From positions 1,216,001-1,280,000 of the forward strand of contig CAXXTB010000002.1 in assembly GCA_963676795.2 (NCBI GenBank): 64,000 nucleotides of DNA, given 5' to 3'. The DNA is from Geopsychrobacteraceae bacterium. GTDB taxonomy: Bacteria > Desulfobacterota > Desulfuromonadia > Desulfuromonadales > Geopsychrobacteraceae. Within the stretch, counting starts at the first letter, position 1. The number at the start of each line of letters is the position of its first letter. The position numbers and the translations under genes are program-made. Shown piece by piece: positions 1 to 8,070 of the stretch. The notes beneath the pieces were generated by a model. That model was not told the origin of the DNA, did no database searches, and saw nothing but the letters and a program-made list of their open reading frames with translations.

Positions 1-2
1 CT

Positions 3-293
3 GCCGCAAGAAAGCATCAGCTGGAGCAGGGGGTTGCAGTTGACGGTCGGCCGACCGCTCCGGCAAAAGTTGAAAATGTCCGTTTTTCCGGGCAGTTCAG
101 CTGGTTTGAGATCACCATTCACGAGGGGCGTAACCGGCAGGTCAGGAAGATGTGTGAAGCTGTCGATCTTGCGGTGGTCAGGCTCAAGCGGATTCGACTC
201 GCTTTTCTCGATCTGGGGACGCTGGCGACAGGACATTATCGTCAGTTGACCAGAGGAGAAATTCAAAAATTGAAGAATATGAATAAGGGATAA
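3..293 (+). CDS. RsuA/RluB-family rRNA pseudouridine synthase, 3' part (runs off the window start)
   Basis: Frame 3, translated by hand and absent from the ORF track: ...SWFEITIHEGRNRQVRKMCEAVDLAVVRLKRIR...LATGHYRQLT...; EGRNRQVR is the family C-terminal motif; stop TAA at 291-293. Confidence 0.9.
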   Translation, partial: AARKHQLEQGVAVDGRPTAPAKVENVRFSGQFSWFEITIHEGRNRQVRKMCEAVDLAVVRLKRIRLAFLDLGTLATGHYRQLTRGEIQKLKNMNKG

Positions 294-457
294 TTCATTA
301 TTAACACAGGACTTCTTTTGTGTTACGCTTAAAGCAGTTTTCTTTGGAAAAACGGGGGCGTTTCTTCCCCTCCGGGCAAATTATCCTATGATTTCACTTC
401 GTTTGTTTGAGAAGTGGGTTAATAAATAATAAATACGTCTTCCTGTGGGAGTTTTTT

Positions 458-2509
458 TTGGCAGCGAGCAAAGAAAAATTACTTGAATCTGCGCAGAAGA
501 GTCTCAAGAAAAAGCAGATAGCCAAAGCAATCAAGGATTACGCCAAGGTTGTAGATATTGATCCGGCCGATGTGCGTTCACGCCAGAAGCTGGCTGAACT
601 CTACGTGCGCAGCAACAAGGCAGCGGAGGCTTACGAGCAGTACGAATCTGTTGCCAAGTACTTTGCCAGCAACGGTTTTTACCTTAAGGCGATTGCCATC
701 TACAAGCTGATGCAACGTCTGGACCCTGGTCAGGTGTCGCTCTTCAACCGGTTGGCAGAGTTGTATGAAAAGCAGGGCCTCCTTGGTAATGCCATGGCCG
801 AGTACCGCAATCTGACCGAATACTATGCGCGTAACGGCATGATCGCCGACGAGATCCGGACGCTCGAAAAGATGAGCGGTCTGGATGGCAATAATCTCAA
901 CATCAAAGTCAAACTGGCGGAAACCTACGCCAAAAACGAGCGAGCGGATGACGGTTACGATCTGCTTGAAGAGGTTCTCGAGGCACTGGGCAACAAGGCT
1001 GACTTCGACAAGATCCTGCGCCTCTACAAGATGTTTCTGCCTCTCTACCCGAACAATGAAAAACTGCAGATGGGGTTGGCGCTTGCCCTCTATGAAAAGG
1101 GGGAGTTTACCAAAGGGGTTACGATTCTCGAGAATCTGCAGAAAGAGAGGCCCAATGAGCCGGACCTGTTGCGTCTGATCGGGCGTGGCTATGCCGACGC
1201 AGAAAACCATGACAGGGCCCAGGATATCTTCCTTAGGCTGCTTGAACTTGACCCGACCGATCTGGATGTCCGTGAATCGCTGTTTAAAACGCAGATGGCG
1301 CGCGGTCACTTTCATGACCTGCTCGAAGGGCTCGAAGAGTGGAAAGACACCTTCGGCAAGGCCGGGCGTCTGGAATCGCTCAAATACTACTACGAAACAC
1401 TCAAAACGCGCATGCCGAAGGAGAAGAAGGTTCTTCAGACTCTCGATTCCATCTACTCTCTGACTGGTGAAGGGGACAAGGTCCTCGATATCCTTTCCGA
1501 ACGGGAAGAAGAGCCGGTTGTCGTTGTGGAAGAAACCATTTCGGATTCTCTGTTGGGCATCATCGATGACACGGCCCAGGACGTGGTAGAGGATGAGGTC
1601 CTTGACCTTGAGCTTGAGTCTCTGGAACTTGTGGATCATGCGCCGGGCGAAGAGGCAACCATTGAACTGAATCTCAATGATGACGTTGAATCTGAAGCGA
1701 GCCTTGAGCTCGATTTCGATTTTGATCTTTCCGATGGTGCCGACGAGAACCCTGCTGAAGAGCGTCACGACCTGCGGGCCGACCTTGAAGAGGCTGAGTT
1801 CTATCTGCAACAGGGCCTGTTTGACGACGCGCGTACGGCTTATGAGAAAATCCTTGCTTACGCTCCTGACTCCGCGGAGTGTCGTCAGAAGCTTGAAGAG
1901 CTTAATGCTCTTGCTGAAGAGGCAGGTGGAAAGTCAGCGCCAGAGGTTGAGTCCGCTGACCCATTCAGCCTGTCCGACGCTTTCAGCGACCTGGACTTCG
2001 ACAGCTCGTTCGACATCCCCGATAAGGATTCCAGGAGCAAAAAGGTGTTCAGGACCGACGTCGATGAGCAGATCGCTGCGGACGATATGGAGTCGCATTA
2101 CAATCTCGGGATCGCCTATCGGGAGATGGGACTCTATGAGGATGCCATTACCGAGTTTGACAAAGCTCTGAAAGACCCTTCCCGCTATGCTGACTGTATG
2201 ACCCTCAAGGGGCTCTGCTATTCGGATACGGAAGATTACGACAACGCAGAAATGATTTTTCAACAGGCCCTCGATTCGGCTCTGCTGGACGACATTCAGC
2301 GCCTTAACCTTGGCTATGAGCTGGGTCTGCTGTATGAGCGGGCCGGTCGACCAGGGGATGCCTTGACGAGTTATCGGACCGTTCTCAAGCAGGATGTCAA
2401 TTATCGCGATGTCGCTGACAAGGTATCATCCCTCGAGCGCCAACTCGGTGTCGAAGAGCAGTCCGTCATGCCGTCAGACGAGGGGGGCGGGAGGATCTCG
2501 TTTCTTTAG
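458..2509 (+). CDS. Tetratricopeptide-repeat protein with a long acidic linker and a C-terminal TPR block
   Basis: Repeated TPR-like helices (e.g. SHYNLGIAYREMGLYEDAITEF) and an Asp/Glu-rich middle. Start moved from 407 to TTG 458, which follows GGGAG. Confidence 0.8.
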   Translation: MAASKEKLLESAQKSLKKKQIAKAIKDYAKVVDIDPADVRSRQKLAELYVRSNKAAEAYEQYESVAKYFASNGFYLKAIAIYKLMQRLDPGQVSLFNRLAELYEKQGLLGNAMAEYRNLTEYYARNGMIADEIRTLEKMSGLDGNNLNIKVKLAETYAKNERADDGYDLLEEVLEALGNKADFDKILRLYKMFLPLYPNNEKLQMGLALALYEKGEFTKGVTILENLQKERPNEPDLLRLIGRGYADAENHDRAQDIFLRLLELDPTDLDVRESLFKTQMARGHFHDLLEGLEEWKDTFGKAGRLESLKYYYETLKTRMPKEKKVLQTLDSIYSLTGEGDKVLDILSEREEEPVVVVEETISDSLLGIIDDTAQDVVEDEVLDLELESLELVDHAPGEEATIELNLNDDVESEASLELDFDFDLSDGADENPAEERHDLRADLEEAEFYLQQGLFDDARTAYEKILAYAPDSAECRQKLEELNALAEEAGGKSAPEVESADPFSLSDAFSDLDFDSSFDIPDKDSRSKKVFRTDVDEQIAADDMESHYNLGIAYREMGLYEDAITEFDKALKDPSRYADCMTLKGLCYSDTEDYDNAEMIFQQALDSALLDDIQRLNLGYELGLLYERAGRPGDALTSYRTVLKQDVNYRDVADKVSSLERQLGVEEQSVMPSDEGGGRISFL

Positions 2510-2553
2510 CCTGCATCAGGTTTGATAACCATGAATTGAAAAGGTGAATTGCC

Positions 2554-3513
2554 ATGGGGTATACCGATTACTTTGATTTCGAGCGCGAACCCTTCTCCAA
2601 TGCTCCCAATGACAAATTTTATTTTGATGGTGAGCAGCACAATCAGGCCCTGCATCGCCTGAAGTATTCGGTTGATTCAAATAAGGGGCTGGCTGTTCTG
2701 GTCGGCGGGGTCGGGACGGGTAAAACGACTCTGGCCCGGCGCATGCTCGATGATCTGCCTGTTGAAAAATATGAGTCCTCGCTGCTGGTCATGATCCATT
2801 CCGGCATTACCCCGGAATGGATTCTATCGCGCATCTGCATGCAGCTGGGTGTGCGCAACCCGGATATCAGTCCGCTGAAGATGCTCAAGCAGTTGTATGA
2901 GCGCCTGATTCAGATCGACAGGGAAGGGCGTAAGGCTGTGGTCCTGATCGACGAGGCCCAGATGCTGCATACTCGAGAGCTGATGGAGGAATTCCGCGGT
3001 CTGCTGAACCTTGAGATCCCTGACAAGAAATTGCTGAACATCGTGTTTTTCGGTCTACCTGAACTGGATGATGTCTTGAAGCTGGATGCCCCTCTGGCGC
3101 AGCGGGTCGCCTTCAAATATCGTCTGAAGCCACTCTCGGAAGATGAGACCTGCCGATATATCAACCACCGACTGCGGGTTATCAACTGTACCAGCTCACC
3201 GTTTCTGGATCAGGCTCTGCCTGCGGTTCACAAGTATGCAGGTGGTGTCCCGCGACTGATCAATACCATCTGTGACAACGCCCTGTTTGAGGCCTATATG
3301 CGCCGAGCGGATAAGATCGGCCCGGAGCTGGTCAGTGATGTCGCCGAAGATCTTGGCCTGTTATCGATTGAGCACCGGATCGACGCCGCTATGGAGCCGG
3401 CAGAAGAGGATGTCTCTTTTGATGAGATCTTCGAGGAGGTTGAGCCTGTCGCAGTCGATGGAGACGATGACGACGAGCTGGACATCATTTTCGACGCCCT
3501 TGATGATAAATAA
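2554..3513 (+). CDS. ExeA/GspA-like AAA+ ATPase (no peptidoglycan-binding domain, acidic tail)
   Basis: N-terminal YFxFxREPFS, Walker A GGVGTGKTT, Walker B VVLIDEAQ, GGVPRLINTICDNAL. Confidence 0.88.
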   Translation: MGYTDYFDFEREPFSNAPNDKFYFDGEQHNQALHRLKYSVDSNKGLAVLVGGVGTGKTTLARRMLDDLPVEKYESSLLVMIHSGITPEWILSRICMQLGVRNPDISPLKMLKQLYERLIQIDREGRKAVVLIDEAQMLHTRELMEEFRGLLNLEIPDKKLLNIVFFGLPELDDVLKLDAPLAQRVAFKYRLKPLSEDETCRYINHRLRVINCTSSPFLDQALPAVHKYAGGVPRLINTICDNALFEAYMRRADKIGPELVSDVAEDLGLLSIEHRIDAAMEPAEEDVSFDEIFEEVEPVAVDGDDDDELDIIFDALDDK

Positions 3514-3542
3514 CAGTCGCGATCATTGACTGATGATTCTCA

Positions 3543-3578
3543 AGAGCGGTCGGTTTTGCCGGCCGCTTTCTTTTTTTT
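3543..3578 (+). terminator. Probable intrinsic terminator after the ExeA-like gene
   Basis: Stem gcggtcgg/ccggccgc followed by a T-run. Confidence 0.65.
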
Positions 3579-3602
3579 GTTCGAGTCGGCATAATAATCT
3601 GC

Positions 3603-5438
3603 ATGGAACCTAAAATTCATATTCTCCCTGAAGAGTTGTGTAACAAGATCGCGGCCGGAGAGGTTGTTGAACGGCCGTCTTCTGTGGTTAAGGAGCTGGT
3701 TGAAAATTCCCTGGATGCGGGATCCAGCGATATCCTGGTTGAGCTGGAGTCGGGAGGGAAACGTCTGATTCGGGTCACCGACAACGGTTGTGGCATGAAC
3801 CGGCAGGATGCCTTCTTGTCTTTTGAAAGACATGCGACAAGTAAGATCACAACCGATGAGGATCTGTTTGCCCTGCACACCCTCGGTTTTCGCGGTGAGG
3901 CCCTGGCCTCCATCTCCTCGGTGTCGCGCCTGAGTCTGAAGACCTGCGACAACGACAGCGGACTTGGGCAGCGCATCTACGCCGAAGGGGGCAGAATCAA
4001 GACCGCTGAAGAGGTCGGTTCGCCGCGCGGCACCAGCATCGAGGTGCGCAACCTGTTTTTTAACCTGCCGGCGCGTAAAAAGTTCTTACGCACCGAACAG
4101 ACCGAGCTCGGCCACGCTGCCGATGTCGTCACCAAGCAGGCCCTGGCCAACGCCGAAGTCAGTTTTTGTCTGAAGCATAATGAGCGCACCCTTCTCGATC
4201 TGCGGCGTGAGAAGGGGTTACGCGAGCGGGTCGCGGCCCTGCTTGGACGTAGTCTGCTCAATGACCTGATCGATCTCGATGTGACGCAAGGGGAGCTGAA
4301 TCTGGGCGGTCTGATTTCTCAACCCCAGTTGAACCGCTCCTCTGCGGCACATATCTATACCTTCATCAACGGCAGGTATATCCGGGATCGTGTGGTCCAG
4401 CATGCCGTTATGGAGGGCTACAGGCACCTGCTGATGAAGGGCCGTTATCCGGTCGTGGTGCTGTTCCTGACCCTAGATCCGGCTCTGGTTGATGTCAATG
4501 TCCACCCGACCAAGCATGAAGTGCGCTTCAGGGAACAGGCCTTTGTCCATGACTTTATTGCGGATGCATTGCAGAAAACCCTCAAGCCGAGTTCCTGGCT
4601 TGAATCGCCACAGCCATCCGTTTGTGAAACTGCTCCGCCGGTCTCTGGCCCGCTACCCGTATGCGAGGCGACGGGGGGAGTCGAGCCCTGTGGGACACCG
4701 TCTCGGGTGATGGAGCCGCCGCTGGTCTATTCAGTGTCTGGTCCGTCTCGAGAAGTTCATGCCGCACCGGTGGTGATGCCTGCGCCATCTTTGCCGGCGG
4801 AGCCAGTGATAGAAAAGGACAACCAGTATCTGCTGCCCGGCAGTCAGCCCGACGGGTTCTTTTCCCGGCTGCAGATTCTCGGTCAGTATCATCAGAGTTA
4901 CCTGTTATGCCAGGACCGGGATGATCTGGTTCTGATCGATCAGCATGCGGCTCATGAGCGGGCCGGCTTTGAGAAGTTGCGTCGTCAGTTTGGCGAGGGG
5001 CATATCCCGAGTCAGACCCTGCTCTTTCCGGAAATCCTGGAGCTCGACTTTAACAGTGCGGATGCCTTGCTTCAGCAGCAGGAACAGCTTGAAGAGCTCG
5101 GCTTTGATGTGGAGCCGTTCGGCGGCAAGTCATTCGCCTTGAAGGCGGTTCCTCAGCTGCTCGGTCAGGTCTCTGCCGGCAAACTGGTGACCGACGTTGC
5201 CCTTGAATTGGCCCGGGTCGGCCGGACGGGACAGTTGCGTGAGTCGATCGATGAGGTCCTGATCATGATGGCCTGCCATTCGGTTATTCGCGCCAATCAG
5301 GCTCTGTCTCACGCAGAGATCAAAGCGTTGTTCCGGGAGCTGGATCAGATCGATTTCAAGGCGAACTGTCCGCATGGCAGGCCGGTCATGCAGCGTCTGA
5401 CCCTTGCCGAAGTTGAAAAACTGTTTCGTCGGCAGTAG
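3603..5438 (+). CDS. mutL: DNA mismatch repair endonuclease MutL
   Basis: IAAGEVVERP, GFRGEAL, DVNVHPTK; endonuclease motifs DQHAAHER and CPHGRP. Confidence 0.98.
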   Translation: MEPKIHILPEELCNKIAAGEVVERPSSVVKELVENSLDAGSSDILVELESGGKRLIRVTDNGCGMNRQDAFLSFERHATSKITTDEDLFALHTLGFRGEALASISSVSRLSLKTCDNDSGLGQRIYAEGGRIKTAEEVGSPRGTSIEVRNLFFNLPARKKFLRTEQTELGHAADVVTKQALANAEVSFCLKHNERTLLDLRREKGLRERVAALLGRSLLNDLIDLDVTQGELNLGGLISQPQLNRSSAAHIYTFINGRYIRDRVVQHAVMEGYRHLLMKGRYPVVVLFLTLDPALVDVNVHPTKHEVRFREQAFVHDFIADALQKTLKPSSWLESPQPSVCETAPPVSGPLPVCEATGGVEPCGTPSRVMEPPLVYSVSGPSREVHAAPVVMPAPSLPAEPVIEKDNQYLLPGSQPDGFFSRLQILGQYHQSYLLCQDRDDLVLIDQHAAHERAGFEKLRRQFGEGHIPSQTLLFPEILELDFNSADALLQQQEQLEELGFDVEPFGGKSFALKAVPQLLGQVSAGKLVTDVALELARVGRTGQLRESIDEVLIMMACHSVIRANQALSHAEIKALFRELDQIDFKANCPHGRPVMQRLTLAEVEKLFRRQ

Positions 5439-5440
5439 TA

Positions 5441-6367
5441 ATGAATAAAAAGAGACACAAGATCCTGGTTATCTGTGGTGCGACCGGGTCGGGCAAGACG
5501 GCTCTGGCAATGGCTGTCGCCAAGCGATTGCCGGTCGAAATCATCTCCGCTGATTCCCGTCAGATCTATCGCCAGATGGATATCGGCACCGCCAAGGCGA
5601 CAAGGTCTGAACAGGCTGCCGTCAGACATCACCTGATCGATGTTGTCGACCCTGATCAGGACTACTCTGTTGCTGACTTTGTCGATCAGGCCCGGCCGCT
5701 GATCGAGGATATCTGTTCACGAGGCTGTCTGCCCTGCGTCGTCGGTGGTACCGGACTGTATTTTTCGGCATTGCTTGGCGGGCTGGCTGATCTGCCGTCC
5801 GGCGATGAGCAGTTGAGGGAGAATCTTCATCTTCAGGAGCGCGAACAGGGGGAGGGGACGCTGCATCGTCGTCTCGCTGAGCTGGATCCTGCAGCTGCTG
5901 CCCAGATCCATCCGCGCAACCTGATTCGTCTGGTGCGTGCGCTTGAGGTCTGTCTGCTGTCAGGCAGGACATTCTCATCTCTGAAAGAACAGCACCGCTT
6001 TGCAGATCAGCCTTATGTGGCCCTGAAACTGGCTCTTGATTATCCGCGCGACATTCTTTACCAGCGAATTAATGCCAGAGCTCAACAGATGCTTGATCAA
6101 GGGCTGGTTGCCGAGGTAGAATCTCTAGTTCAAAGGTATTCTTTTGATCTGAAAACGCTCGAAACGCTTGGTTATCGTGAGGTCTGTCGCTTTCTTAAGG
6201 GTGAGATCAACGCTGAGCAGATGCTTGAGGATATCCGGAAATTTACCCGACATTACGCAAAACGGCAGTTGACGTGGTTTCGTAAAGATAATGAAATTAT
6301 TTGGGTTGATTCCTCGAAACAGTCTGGTAATGTTATAAAATCAATTGATAATTTTATTTCCCAGTAA
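5441..6367 (+). CDS. miaA: tRNA dimethylallyltransferase
   Basis: GATGSGKT, SADSRQIY, DIGTAK, VGGTGLY, YAKRQLTWFR; mutL-miaA-hfq synteny. Confidence 0.98.
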   Translation: MNKKRHKILVICGATGSGKTALAMAVAKRLPVEIISADSRQIYRQMDIGTAKATRSEQAAVRHHLIDVVDPDQDYSVADFVDQARPLIEDICSRGCLPCVVGGTGLYFSALLGGLADLPSGDEQLRENLHLQEREQGEGTLHRRLAELDPAAAAQIHPRNLIRLVRALEVCLLSGRTFSSLKEQHRFADQPYVALKLALDYPRDILYQRINARAQQMLDQGLVAEVESLVQRYSFDLKTLETLGYREVCRFLKGEINAEQMLEDIRKFTRHYAKRQLTWFRKDNEIIWVDSSKQSGNVIKSIDNFISQ

Positions 6368-6377
6368 AGGAGTGGAC

Positions 6378-6611
6378 ATGCCCAAATCACCATTTAATAT
6401 CCAGGATCAGTACCTGAACCAAGCCCGCAAGGAGCGTGTCAAGGTTGCCATCAACATGATGTCCGGTGAGCGCCTGGAGGGGTATATCAAGTCATTCGAC
6501 AGCTTCTGTATCCTGGCTGAGAGTGAAGGGGATATCCTGATCTACAAGCATGCTGTCGGTACCATCACCTCCATCGACGGCAAGTTCCGTCTCCATGGCG
6601 GCCGCGACTGA
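6378..6611 (+). CDS. hfq: RNA chaperone Hfq
   Basis: NIQDQYLN, G.IKSFD, LIYKHAV Sm motifs; ATG 6378 after AAGGAG; follows miaA. Confidence 0.95.
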   Translation: MPKSPFNIQDQYLNQARKERVKVAINMMSGERLEGYIKSFDSFCILAESEGDILIYKHAVGTITSIDGKFRLHGGRD

Positions 6612-6636
6612 CAGTTTCTGTAAATTAAAGAATTGC

Positions 6637-6670
6637 AGGGGGGTAACGTCTTCGACTTACCCCCTTTTCC
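6637..6670 (+). terminator. Intrinsic terminator after hfq
   Basis: gggggtaa...ttaccccc stem with a TTCG-containing loop, then tttt. Confidence 0.75.
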
Positions 6671-6711
6671 TGTTTGTTTCGTGCTGCTCTTGCAACGGAT
6701 TTCACTTCCAG

Positions 6712-6720
6712 TGTTATAAT
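6712..6720 (+). promoter_or_regulatory. Extended -10 sigma70 promoter element
   Basis: TGTTATAAT about 40 bp upstream of the 6760 start. Confidence 0.55.
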
Positions 6721-6759
6721 GCCTTGTAAAGATCTCTCCTACTGGAAAGTTTAAGTTTA

Positions 6760-8070
6760 ATGTTAAAGATTGAATCAATCATGCCCGGCAGTTATGCCGA
6801 GGAAATCGGGCTGCAGCCCGGTGATCGTCTGCTCGCCATTAACAGCCAGCCTGTCAATGACCTTCTCGACTACCATCTGAGCCTGGAAACAGAACGTTTG
6901 CAGCTTGAAGTCCTCTGCGCCAACGATGAACTCTGGGATCTTGACATCGAAAAGGGGCTCATGGATGATCTGGGCCTCGAGGTTGAGCACCCCGATCCGC
7001 GGGTCTGCGGCAACCAGTGCCAGTTCTGTTTTGTTCATCAGTTACCAAAGGGGATGCGCAAGACTCTCTACGTCAAGGACGAGGACTACCGCTTTTCCTA
7101 CCTCTACGGTTCCTATATCACTCTCTCCAACCTGAGTGAAGAGGACTATACCAGGATCATCGAGAAGCAGCTTTCCCCGCTGTACGTCTCTGTTCATGCG
7201 ACCGATGCGCAGGTCAGGGGCAGACTGCTCGGCTCGGAAGTTCCGGCTGTTCTGCCGCTGATTGAACGGCTGACCAGCCATGGCATCAGCCTCCATTGTC
7301 AGGTCGTGCTCTGCCCCGGGCTCAATGATAAGGAGATCCTCGACCAGACCATCGCCGATCTGTCGGCCCTCTACCCGCAGGTTGCGTCTCTGGCCGTCGT
7401 TCCGGTCGGGCTGACTCAGTTTCGCGAAAAGTTGCCGGTCCTTGAACGCCTCAACGAGGCTGATGCAGTGCTCTGTCTCGATCAGATCCATGGCTGGCAG
7501 GACAAGCTGCTCAAGAGCAGTGGCAGTCGCTTTGTCTTTGCAGCGGATGAGATCTATCTGCGTGCTCAGCGTGATTTTCCGGAACTGGAAGCCTACGAGG
7601 ACTTTGCCCAGATCGAAAACGGTGTCGGCATGATCGCGCAATTCCGGGCACAGACCGAAGAGGTGCTGTTCGAGGCGGCCCCGCTCGGGCTGAAGACCGT
7701 GACCCTGATAACCGGCTTGTCGTTCTGTGAGGAACTCAGGGAGTTTTGTCACCGCCTCAGCCTGAGGTGTGGCACAACCATTCAGCTGGTGCCGATACGA
7801 AATGATTTTTTCGGTCCCCAGATTACCGTGACCGGACTGCTCACCGGGGCAGATATCATCAGCCAGCTCAAGGGCAAGACGCTTGGTCAGGCGCTGCTTG
7901 TGCCGGATGTCCTGCTGCGGGATGGTGACCTGATGTTGCTTGATGATCTGACGCTCGAGGATATCAGCCGGGCCCTTCAGGTCCCGGTGGTCGATATCGA
8001 CAATACCCCCTGGGGGCTGCTCGATGCGCTGGAACTGCTCGATCTGAATACCGAAATAGAGCAATGTTGA
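6760..8070 (+). CDS. PDZ + radical-SAM-like DUF512 family Fe-S protein
   Basis: N-terminal PDZ-like segment (GSYAEEIGLQPGDRLLAIN), CGNQCQFC, KDEDYRFSYLYGSYITL, QIENGVGM. Confidence 0.88.
   Translation: MLKIESIMPGSYAEEIGLQPGDRLLAINSQPVNDLLDYHLSLETERLQLEVLCANDELWDLDIEKGLMDDLGLEVEHPDPRVCGNQCQFCFVHQLPKGMRKTLYVKDEDYRFSYLYGSYITLSNLSEEDYTRIIEKQLSPLYVSVHATDAQVRGRLLGSEVPAVLPLIERLTSHGISLHCQVVLCPGLNDKEILDQTIADLSALYPQVASLAVVPVGLTQFREKLPVLERLNEADAVLCLDQIHGWQDKLLKSSGSRFVFAADEIYLRAQRDFPELEAYEDFAQIENGVGMIAQFRAQTEEVLFEAAPLGLKTVTLITGLSFCEELREFCHRLSLRCGTTIQLVPIRNDFFGPQITVTGLLTGADIISQLKGKTLGQALLVPDVLLRDGDLMLLDDLTLEDISRALQVPVVDIDNTPWGLLDALELLDLNTEIEQC

Noticed and set aside
34..249. 71-aa ORF from the track
   Set aside because: Out-of-frame overlap with the pseudouridine synthase 3' end in frame 3
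578..1810. Long antisense ORFs (this one and e.g. 7042-8064, 10604-11614, 28833-29897, 38752-39867, 45720-46832, 50959-52182, 59483-60622)
   Set aside because: Each lies opposite a well-supported gene and has no recognisable motifs; these are typical shadow ORFs of GC-rich codon usage
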